Shown here: in pieces, positions 36,401 to 43,951 of the stretch | Layout: every line of letters begins with the position of its first letter | Position numbering within the stretch: position 1 is the stretch's first letter | Assembly (NCBI GenBank): GCA_034423015.1 | Contig: DAOUJG010000055.1 | Location: forward strand, 4,379 to 68,378 | Length of the DNA stretch: 64,000 nucleotides | From: Dehalococcoidia bacterium | GTDB taxonomy: Bacteria > Chloroflexota > Dehalococcoidia > Lucifugimonadales > JAGWBF01 | Direction: 5' to 3' | Position numbers and translations under genes: made by a program | The notes under the pieces: generated by a model | What the model was told of the DNA's origin: nothing | What the model saw: the letters and a program-made list of their open reading frames with translations, nothing else | The model's database searches: none

Positions 36401-39400
36401 CTACCTCCCCACGACCTCCAGTATCGCCGCAATCCGCCGAGCCGTATCGGTGAAGTGCTGGACCTCCTCCGGCCTCATGGCACGGCCCAGGACGCCGTGC
36501 TCCCGGTAGGAGAGCCACTTCTTGAGCACTTGGTAGCCGCCCAGCTTGTAGCTCCACACGGACGAGGGAACGTTGCGCCAGTAGGCGTGGTCGTTCAGGT
36601 ACACGTCGAAGGTCGTTTCCCTGAGGCTGGACGCGGCCCCGCCCAGCGCGGCCAGCTCCTCCCCTGTGTAGGGGCGCTCGACCACGTGGCCCTGGCCCGG
36701 CATGACAGCCTCCCCCACGCCGAAGTGGCCCCAGCCCGCCGTAAGGGCGAAGTCGTCGCCCGCCATGTTGCCGCCGTCCGCGGTGGAGGGCACGGCCACG
36801 GCGGCAATCTCCGGGCGCAGCGGAGTGGCGGTGACGCCGGGGACGGGGGTCTCCGAGTCCAGCAGCGCGGCCAGCTCCCGGCCTCGGGCCGCCGACGCCG
36901 CCAGCTCCTCCGCCGCGCCCTCCTCGTCTCCCTCGGGCCCGCCTGGAAGGGGGATGCGCGGCCACTCCATGCGCAGCGCCCCGGCGTTGGCCTCCCGGTA
37001 GACGGGGTCATGCAGCACCGCAAGGACGTGGTGGAACAGGTCCTCCACGCCCGCTCCCAAGTGGTTCAGGTAGAGTTGAGCGGCGTCGGTGAGGTTGGGG
37101 CGGCGCTGCAGCCCATCCCCCTCCAGTTTCAGACGCTCATCAAGGAGCCATGCGGGGATACAAGACGCGCTCCGGTCCATGAGGTCAAGACTGCCAATGT
37201 GTTGAATCACCTGTGGCGGTGACCATTCTCTGCGTGGTTTTTGCTGAGTCACAAGCCACGCGTTCCCTTCGAATATATGCTGGGGATATCTGGGGCTCTT
37301 CTCACGTAGTAGCTTCGTTTCCGACTCCCAGTAAAGCCAACGAATGTCAAAGGGTCGGTAGGCATGGCGAACAAAGCCACTTTGGTTTGGACCACCACGT
37401 TTGCGCAGTGTGTCACGTACTGACCGAGCGTCGAACCTTCCAGTGTCCGTCATCACACGTGGATAACGACGACCGACTTCTTCATGACTTACGTCTGAAT
37501 CGAAGTAATCGAGGATGCGTGCCCGAAGCCGGTCAACGTCGATATCAATGAGGAACGTGTCACGTCCAGTTTGAACGCCTTGAATCGACGTTGGGAACAA
37601 GTCAGGCAAGGCTGGCCAATCGTGCCAGCCGTCGCTGACGGCCACTTGTGTGAAGGGGAGACCGATGGGCAGACTCGGCTCGAAGCTATCATAGATCTCT
37701 TCGGGCTCCGCCACTGCCGATGCCGTCAGCTCCTCTCGCTTCGCCTGGCCCCACAGGTGCCGAAGTCTCACAGCCTTCGCCGGTGTGTGGTCGGCCTTGC
37801 GCACCAGCGTGGTGATGGCGGTGCCCACCTGTATGCCCACCGGATCCTCGGGTGTGGAGAAGATGCTGGGGTCCGGTGCGCCATCGGGAGTCATCTTGCC
37901 GGTCTTATACTTGTCGCCGTTGAGGTTGTCTATGCGGATGGCGTCGAAGGCCTCCAGGTACCGCTCCCTCATGCCGGTGAAGGAGAGGCCGTCCAGCCAC
38001 GAGTAGTTGGAGATGAAGCAGACAACGCCCCGGCCCGTCTTCTCGGCGATGCGCCGCTCGGCCATACGGAAGAAGCGCACGTACAGGTCGTTGAGGCCCT
38101 GGCCCTCGGGCCGCCTCACCAGCTTGGTGGTCCGGTAGGCCGTGGAAAGCTCCCGCTCCTCGTCCACCGCCATCCCCGCGAAGCCGTTGTAGGGCGGGTT
38201 GCCCAGGACCACCAGGACCGGCGAGTCCCGCTTCACCCGCTCGGCCCGGTCCCGCTCCTCCTCCAGCTCGGGAAAGGGCAACGGCTTCTGGACCGTCGGC
38301 TCCCATCCCGTGAGGGCGTTGGTGAGGAAGACGCCGGCGCGCTCCTTGCCATCCTCGGACAGGGGCGCGTCGAGGGCCCGCATCGTCAACCCGACCTGCA
38401 GGTGGGCGACGACGAAGGGCGCGGGCATGATCTCGAAGCCGAACACCCGCTTAGTGGCCGCCTGCTTCACCCGCGCCCCGGTGAGGGCGCCCAGCCCGCT
38501 CCCACCCAGGTTCCCCGCTATGCGGCGCAGCACCTCGGCCAGGTACGCGCCGGTGCCGCAGCAGGGGTCGAGGACGTAGACCCTGTCGTCCGCCAGGCCG
38601 TCGGCGATGCCCAGGTCGTCCTTCAGGGCGCGGTCGACCCGGGCGACCATGTACCGCACGACCTCGGCGGGGGTGTACCAGACTCCAAGCTGCTTGCGCA
38701 GGGCGGGGTCGAAGGCCTCCAGGAACGGCTCGTAGAAGTATTGGACGGCCTCTCCCTCGTTGAAACGGTCGAAGAAGGCGTCGCGGTCGACCCGGTCCAG
38801 GGCCGACGCCGCCCAGTCCATCACCTCCACGAGGCCGATGGACTCCAGTTGGGTGGGTGAAGCCAATTGGCGGAAGAGGGCGCCCAGGACGGGCGCTCTC
38901 AGATACCAGTCCGCGTCCCGCCAGTTGAAGGGGCCCGTGGGCGGCGGCGTCTGCCGGGACCGGAGCACCCACGCGGAGAAGACGCCGTAAAAGAGGGTCT
39001 GCACCAGGGTGGAGCGGAAGAAGGCCGCGCCGCGGTCGCCCTCGAACCTGACGCCCAACGCCTCCTCCAGGGCCGACCGCACGGCGTTGAGAGAGGGCGC
39101 GTCGCCGGCGGCCTCGACCCGTGACAGCCCGTCGCGGGCATAGGAGGCCAGCAACCACGCCAGGTCCCTGGGCTCGACGATGGTGGCGCGGTGGGACATG
39201 GCGCGGCCCAGGTACTCGGCCAGGCCTGGGCCGACCGCGCTGGCGAAGGACCGGGGGTGTTGCAGCCTGGCATCGAAGTCGGCGGCGGACCGGGCCAGCC
39301 GGAAGGTCTCCAACCTGGCCGGATTGCCCTGGGCGTCCTCTCCCATCAGCACGAAGTCGCGGGTATTGGTGACCAGCACCTGCCGGTACAGCCCCCAGTA

Positions 39401-39730
39401 TCCGCTCACCTGCACACTCTCCGCAGTGAGCCAGGCGTCGTCGTTGGCGCCCTTGACCTCTACCACTCCGCACTCGGGCATCTGTCCCTTCCGGGGCTGC
39501 CCGCGCTGCACCTGCTTGGCGGCATAGAGGCCCAGGTCGGGGTGCCCGGCACCCTGCTGTGCCAGCTCGCTGACGCAGAAGACCCTGGGCCGCAGCGTCC
39601 CGCCCACGGCGTTCAGCAGGTTGGTCAGCGGGGGATAGAAGGACCGCTCATCGGTGCCGCCGCCGGAAGCCCGGATGAGCCTCAGGTCGGTGAAGTAGGC
39701 CTCGACCGCTGCGACGAGCTTCTTGCTCAT
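36401..39730 (-). CDS. Type IIG-like single-chain restriction-modification enzyme (N-terminal PD-(D/E)xK-like region, gamma-class N6-adenine methyltransferase, C-terminal Type ISP-like specificity domain)
   Basis: 1109 aa. SAM motif I 'VLDPCCGTGAYL' (aa 386-397). Motif IV 'NPPY' (aa 511-514, nt 38189-38200). N-terminal 'HPDLGLY...VVEVKG...VLVTNTRDFVL' resembles the MmeI-type nuclease core. C-terminal 'YRPFDIRWLYW' and 'YKLGGYQVLKKWLSYRE' motifs as in Type ISP/IIG TRDs. Confidence 0.8.
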   Translation of the reverse strand: MSKKLVAAVEAYFTDLRLIRASGGGTDERSFYPPLTNLLNAVGGTLRPRVFCVSELAQQGAGHPDLGLYAAKQVQRGQPRKGQMPECGVVEVKGANDDAWLTAESVQVSGYWGLYRQVLVTNTRDFVLMGEDAQGNPARLETFRLARSAADFDARLQHPRSFASAVGPGLAEYLGRAMSHRATIVEPRDLAWLLASYARDGLSRVEAAGDAPSLNAVRSALEEALGVRFEGDRGAAFFRSTLVQTLFYGVFSAWVLRSRQTPPPTGPFNWRDADWYLRAPVLGALFRQLASPTQLESIGLVEVMDWAASALDRVDRDAFFDRFNEGEAVQYFYEPFLEAFDPALRKQLGVWYTPAEVVRYMVARVDRALKDDLGIADGLADDRVYVLDPCCGTGAYLAEVLRRIAGNLGGSGLGALTGARVKQAATKRVFGFEIMPAPFVVAHLQVGLTMRALDAPLSEDGKERAGVFLTNALTGWEPTVQKPLPFPELEEERDRAERVKRDSPVLVVLGNPPYNGFAGMAVDEERELSTAYRTTKLVRRPEGQGLNDLYVRFFRMAERRIAEKTGRGVVCFISNYSWLDGLSFTGMRERYLEAFDAIRIDNLNGDKYKTGKMTPDGAPDPSIFSTPEDPVGIQVGTAITTLVRKADHTPAKAVRLRHLWGQAKREELTASAVAEPEEIYDSFEPSLPIGLPFTQVAVSDGWHDWPALPDLFPTSIQGVQTGRDTFLIDIDVDRLRARILDYFDSDVSHEEVGRRYPRVMTDTGRFDARSVRDTLRKRGGPNQSGFVRHAYRPFDIRWLYWESETKLLREKSPRYPQHIFEGNAWLVTQQKPRREWSPPQVIQHIGSLDLMDRSASCIPAWLLDERLKLEGDGLQRRPNLTDAAQLYLNHLGAGVEDLFHHVLAVLHDPVYREANAGALRMEWPRIPLPGGPEGDEEGAAEELAASAARGRELAALLDSETPVPGVTATPLRPEIAAVAVPSTADGGNMAGDDFALTAGWGHFGVGEAVMPGQGHVVERPYTGEELAALGGAASSLRETTFDVYLNDHAYWRNVPSSVWSYKLGGYQVLKKWLSYREHGVLGRAMRPEEVQHFTDTARRIAAILEVVGR

Positions 39731-40149
39731 ACCCCTCCCCAGGGATCGATCACGTCGACGCCGCAGCCATGGAAACCGTCCACGTCCCTGGTCGCCACCG
39801 ACGCTCCCCGGGAGCGGGCGATGGCCGCGATCTGGCAGTCGGCATGGCTGATGGGACGCCCGGCGGCCCGGCGCGCCGCGGCTATAACCGCGTATGCCTG
39901 TGCGGCATCACTATCAAATGGGAGGATGTGCCCGGCCATTAGCACCCGAAAGGCACGCTCGGCCAAAACGGCTAGCCGGCGCCTGCGCTCCCCATCAGGT
40001 AAAAGGACAACCCCGGTCCTGATCTCCGCCTCGGTAACGGCCGTAACGAACACCGTACTTCTCGCCTGACTTCCGAGCCACCCAACTACGTCCTGATGCG
40101 GCCTGGCTCGCATAAACTCCGAGACTACGTTGGTGTCGAGGACGATCAT
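39727..40149 (-). CDS. vapC: PIN-domain ribonuclease toxin VapC (FitB-like)
   Basis: 'MIVLDTNVVSE' with acidic residues at the expected PIN positions ('TEAE', 'HADCQIAA', 'ATRDVDGF'). Its stop overlaps the R-M ATG (ATGA). Confidence 0.85.
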   Translation of the reverse strand: MIVLDTNVVSEFMRARPHQDVVGWLGSQARSTVFVTAVTEAEIRTGVVLLPDGERRRRLAVLAERAFRVLMAGHILPFDSDAAQAYAVIAAARRAAGRPISHADCQIAAIARSRGASVATRDVDGFHGCGVDVIDPWGGV

Positions 40150-40159
40150 CGCCACAGGC

Positions 40160-40408
40160 TCAGTCGAACCGAGGCGGCTCGCGCATTGGTTCCCTTGGGG
40201 GAATCTCCAGCTCCACACCACCGAAGGGCTTGAACAGCTCGTGGATCGCCGTCCCCAGGTCCTTCTCCGGTACCTCCTCCTCCTCGCCCAGGGCCGCCTT
40301 CAGAATCTCCCTGGCCTCCTGCTCCATCGAGCGGCCGTTCTCCGCCGCGCGAATGCGCAGACGCCGCTTCAGCCCCTCGTCCAGGTTGCGTACCGTTATG
40401 CTGGCCAT
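40160..40408 (-). CDS. vapB: ribbon-helix-helix antitoxin VapB (FitA/Arc-like)
   Basis: 'ITVRNLDEGLKRRLRIRAAENGRSMEQEAREIL' is the RHH pattern. Acidic C-terminal tail. 10 nt upstream of vapC. Confidence 0.75.
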   Translation of the reverse strand: MASITVRNLDEGLKRRLRIRAAENGRSMEQEAREILKAALGEEEEVPEKDLGTAIHELFKPFGGVELEIPPREPMREPPRFD

Positions 40409-40437
40409 GAATTCACGTCCGCATGCATTGCAGACAG

Positions 40438-40446
40438 ATTATAACA
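40438..40446 (-). promoter_or_regulatory. perfect extended -10 (TGtTATAAT) for the vapBC-R-M operon, flanked by ATTGC/GCAAT palindromes
   Basis: The minus strand of 40438-40446 reads TGTTATAAT. ATTGCgttGCAAT at 40449-40461 and GCATGC at 40421-40426 bracket it. Confidence 0.55.
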
Positions 40447-40472
40447 TGATTGCGTTGCAATCAATAGACTCT

Positions 40473-43004
40473 CTACGGCTGGGCGCCCTCGCCCGCCTGG
40501 GCCACGAAGCGGGCCACCTCCAGGGCCAGCGGCCGGCGATCGGGTCGCTCCAGGTCCGGGTCCTCCTCCAGCACCTGCCCAGCCACCTCCCTGGCCTTGC
40601 GCAGGATGTCCTGGTCCGAGAGGCGCGCTGCCTTCAGGCTGGGCAGGCCGCTCTGGCGGGTGCCGAAGAAGTCGCCCGGCCCCCGGAGACGCAGGTCCTC
40701 CTCGGCCAACGCGAACCCGTCGTGGATCCTCTCCACGGCGTCCAGCCGCTCCTGGGCCTCTGCCGTGGAGTACTCGGAGAGGAGCAGGCAGTAGCTCCTG
40801 TGCTCGCCGCGGCCGACCCGACCCCGGAACTGGTGAAGCTGGGAGAGGCCGAACCGGTGAGCGCCCTCTACCACCATCACCGTGGCGTTGGGCACGTCGA
40901 TGCCCACCTCGACCACGGCCGTGGACACCAGTATGTCCGTGTCCCCGTCCCTGAAGCTGCGCATGACCCTTTCCTTCTCCCGGGGTTTCATCCTTCCGTG
41001 GAGAAGTCCCAGCCTCAGGTCCGGAAAGACGTCGTTGGAGAGGCGCTTGTGCTCCTCCGAGGCCGCCCGTGCCTCCACGGCCTCGGACTCCTCGATGAGT
41101 GGGCAGATGATGAAGGCCTGCCTGCCGCCGATGACCTGCTTTCTCACGAAGTCGTACGCCTCGTCTCGCCGGGAGGAGGGCACGTGGCGCGTCCGGACCC
41201 GCTGGCGGCCGGGGGGCAGTTCGTCGATGGTCGAGATGTCCAGGTCGCCGTACAGGGTGAGGGCCAGGGTCCTCGGTATTGGAGTCGCCGTCATGACCAG
41301 GACGTGGGGGGTGGTCTCGCCCTTGCGGCGCAGCGCCGCTCTCTGGGCGACGCCGAACCTGTGCTGCTCGTCGGTGACCGCCAGTGCCAGGCGGGGGACC
41401 TCCACTCCCTCCTGGATCAAGGCGTGGGTGCCGATGACGATGTCCAGCTCGCCCTCGGACGCCCGTCTTCGCAGCTCCCGCTTCAGGGCCGGCCTGGTGC
41501 TGCCCGTCAGGAGGCCCACCGACAGGGGGGCGGCACGCAAGTCGACGTCTACCGAGACCAGGTTCTCCTCGTGGGCGGCGGTCCCCAGGCCGCCCACGAG
41601 GTCCGACACCGTGGCGAAGTGCTGCTCCGCCAGCACCTCGGTGGGCACCATGATGGAGGCCTGGTGACCGCCGGCGACCGAGGCCAGCAGCGCGGCCAGA
41701 GCCACCACCGTCTTGCCGCTTCCCACCTCACCCTGGAGGAGGCGGTTCATGGGAGGAGTGCCCCTGGCCAGGTCGTTCAGCACCTCGTCGATGCACCGCT
41801 TCTGGGCCGCGGTCAGGCCGAAGGGCAGGGACGCGACGAAGTGGTCGACGAGGCCCCGGTCGAGGCCCAGGGCAACGCCCTCGACATCCTCACGCCAGCT
41901 CCGGCGCCTGGCGAGGACAGCGATCTGCAGGAGCAACAGCTCGTCGAAGGCCAGCCGCCTCCTGGCCTCCTCCAGGATCGCAAGGTCCGACGGATAGTGC
42001 ACCTGCCGGACGGCCCCGACCAGGTCCATCAGGCCTGCCCTGCACCGTAGCTCCTCGGGCAGGAACTCCTCGATCCGAGGGGCCCAGTCCTCCAGGGCCT
42101 GCCACACGATGGTCCTGACTCTCCGGGCGGTGAGCCCCTCGGTCAGGGGGTAGACGGGCACCAGCCTGCCGGTGTGGATGAGGCTGTCCTTGCGGTCCAG
42201 GACCTCGAATTCGGGGGACGCGAACTGCAGCCTTCCCCTGTACGCCTCGACGGACCCGCTTACGGCCACCCGGGCCCCGACCTTGAGGGTCTTGGCAACG
42301 TACCGGTTTCCAAACCACACGGCCCGCACGTTCCCGGTCTCGTCGCTGAATACCGCCTCGGTGCCCCTGCGCCGGTTCGGGCCAAGGGCGACCTCCCGCG
42401 CCTCCCACACCGTGGCGACCACCGTCTGCTCGCCACCGGGCGCCAGCTCAGCGACCGTGGACACCCTGGAAAAGTCCCGGTGCCTCCTGGGCATCAGGTA
42501 CAGCAGGTCTCGGACCGTGGACACCCCCAGCCGGTCCAGCTTTGCCGCCGTCTTGGTGTCGACTCCCCGCAGCCGGTCTACGGGCGACTCCAGCGTAGGT
42601 CCCGAGGCCGGTACGGAGGGTTCAACGCCCCTCTTGGAAGCGCTTACCTCGGCCCCCACGCCCGGCTCCGGTCCGGGACCCGAGGGACCATCTCCCGATG
42701 GTCCGGCCGGCGCCTCCGGCGGCGACTCGGTCGGCGCAGCCCGCGGCCCGTCGTCCAGCCTCGACAGCCAGCGTTGGGCCCAGGTCGCCCGGTCGCCGGG
42801 CGTGAGGTCGCCGTAGATCACGTCCAGGAGGCCGCCCGGGTCGCCGTCGCCGGCCAGGGGCGCCAGCTCCCGGGCCTGGAGCTCGAGGAAAGCGTCCAGC
42901 CCGCCCACCACGGCCTTGTTCCGAAACCCGGTACTCCTCTCCAGCTCGAGGATCTTACGCAGGGAGTCGGGATGGAATCGGGTGGAGTGGTCTCTGGTGG
43001 TCAT
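40473..43004 (-). CDS. recG: ATP-dependent DNA helicase RecG with a long N-terminal extension
   Basis: Walker A 'GEVGSGKT', 'DEQHRFG', and the TRG region 'QLHQFRGRVGRG'. ATG 43004 lies just downstream of the degV stop. Confidence 0.9.
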   Translation of the reverse strand: MTTRDHSTRFHPDSLRKILELERSTGFRNKAVVGGLDAFLELQARELAPLAGDGDPGGLLDVIYGDLTPGDRATWAQRWLSRLDDGPRAAPTESPPEAPAGPSGDGPSGPGPEPGVGAEVSASKRGVEPSVPASGPTLESPVDRLRGVDTKTAAKLDRLGVSTVRDLLYLMPRRHRDFSRVSTVAELAPGGEQTVVATVWEAREVALGPNRRRGTEAVFSDETGNVRAVWFGNRYVAKTLKVGARVAVSGSVEAYRGRLQFASPEFEVLDRKDSLIHTGRLVPVYPLTEGLTARRVRTIVWQALEDWAPRIEEFLPEELRCRAGLMDLVGAVRQVHYPSDLAILEEARRRLAFDELLLLQIAVLARRRSWREDVEGVALGLDRGLVDHFVASLPFGLTAAQKRCIDEVLNDLARGTPPMNRLLQGEVGSGKTVVALAALLASVAGGHQASIMVPTEVLAEQHFATVSDLVGGLGTAAHEENLVSVDVDLRAAPLSVGLLTGSTRPALKRELRRRASEGELDIVIGTHALIQEGVEVPRLALAVTDEQHRFGVAQRAALRRKGETTPHVLVMTATPIPRTLALTLYGDLDISTIDELPPGRQRVRTRHVPSSRRDEAYDFVRKQVIGGRQAFIICPLIEESEAVEARAASEEHKRLSNDVFPDLRLGLLHGRMKPREKERVMRSFRDGDTDILVSTAVVEVGIDVPNATVMVVEGAHRFGLSQLHQFRGRVGRGEHRSYCLLLSEYSTAEAQERLDAVERIHDGFALAEEDLRLRGPGDFFGTRQSGLPSLKAARLSDQDILRKAREVAGQVLEEDPDLERPDRRPLALEVARFVAQAGEGAQP

Positions 43005-43035
43005 CTTCAGAGAGAGTGTAGCACGGGGGCCAGGT

Positions 43036-43896
43036 CTAACGGGACAGGGCGGTGACACCCAGGGCGCCGGGCCCCAGGTACGTGCCGACGACGGGCCCGA
43101 AGCGGGCCATGACGACCTCATCCGCGGCCATCAGGTCGCCCAGGGCGTCCCTGACCGCCTCGGCCTCCCCGGCGCCTGTGCTGTACAGCACCGACAGCCT
43201 GGTCAAGGGGCCGAGGGCCCGGACCATCTCCAGCAGCCGCTGGAGTCCTCGGGCCCTGGTCCGAGCCCGCTCAACGGGGTGCGCCTCGCCGTCCCTGATG
43301 GTCAGGATGGGCTTGATGCTGAGGAGAGAGCCCAGGAAGGCGCTGGCCTTCCCTATGCGCCCGCCCTTTTGGAGGTACTCCAACGTGTCCAGAAGGAAGT
43401 AGCAGTGGCTGCGCTCGATGGCCTCTTCGGCCGCCCTGGCAACGGTCTCCCTGTCCCCGCCCTGGGATATGGCCCCCGCCGCCTCCAGGGCCACCATGCC
43501 CAGGCACATGGAGGTCAGCCGGGAGTCGATTATGTCAATACGGGCCGGGTCCACCGGCGCACCGGACTCTCCGGAGACGATGGACTCCTTGGCCTGGTAC
43601 GCCGAGTTGAGGGTCCCGCTGAACTTGGCGGACAGGTGGACCGACACCACGTCATGGCCCTCGTCGAGCAATGGACGGTAGACCTCTACGAAGTCGTTGA
43701 CCGATGGCTGGGCGGTGGTGGGCAGCCGGGGCGCCGCCGCCAGCCGCTCGTAGAACTCGTCGGGAGCGATGTCGATGCCGTCCTTGTAGACCTGGTCATC
43801 GAAGTGTATGTTGCAGGGGACCACCGTGATGTCCCACCGGCTGGCCAGCTCCTTGGGCAGGTCGCACGTGCTGTCGGTCACCAGCTTTACGGCCAT
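43036..43896 (-). CDS. DegV-family fatty-acid-binding protein
   Basis: 'VKLVTDSTCDLP' N-terminus and DegV-length architecture. Confidence 0.85.
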   Translation of the reverse strand: MAVKLVTDSTCDLPKELASRWDITVVPCNIHFDDQVYKDGIDIAPDEFYERLAAAPRLPTTAQPSVNDFVEVYRPLLDEGHDVVSVHLSAKFSGTLNSAYQAKESIVSGESGAPVDPARIDIIDSRLTSMCLGMVALEAAGAISQGGDRETVARAAEEAIERSHCYFLLDTLEYLQKGGRIGKASAFLGSLLSIKPILTIRDGEAHPVERARTRARGLQRLLEMVRALGPLTRLSVLYSTGAGEAEAVRDALGDLMAADEVVMARFGPVVGTYLGPGALGVTALSR

Positions 43897-43951
43897 GGGT
43901 ACGCCTTCTCCTCCCAGGGCTCCAGGCCCTCCGCTCTACTCGCCGTCTGCT

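Noticed and set aside
36233-37222. 329-aa plus-strand ORF beginning in the argS/R-M spacer, which could have been a gene associated with the island.
   Set aside because: Most of it is antisense to the R-M gene 3' end. The translation is Arg/Gly/Pro-rich without motifs, and there is no Shine-Dalgarno sequence.
36077-40472. Whether the vapBC-R-M module is a mobile element (integrative island) with att sites.
   Set aside because: There is no integrase, recombinase, transposase or tRNA gene in or next to it. The only shared flank sequence is an 8-mer (TTGCAATC), too short to call a direct-repeat junction. I describe it as an accessory operon, not a mobile element.
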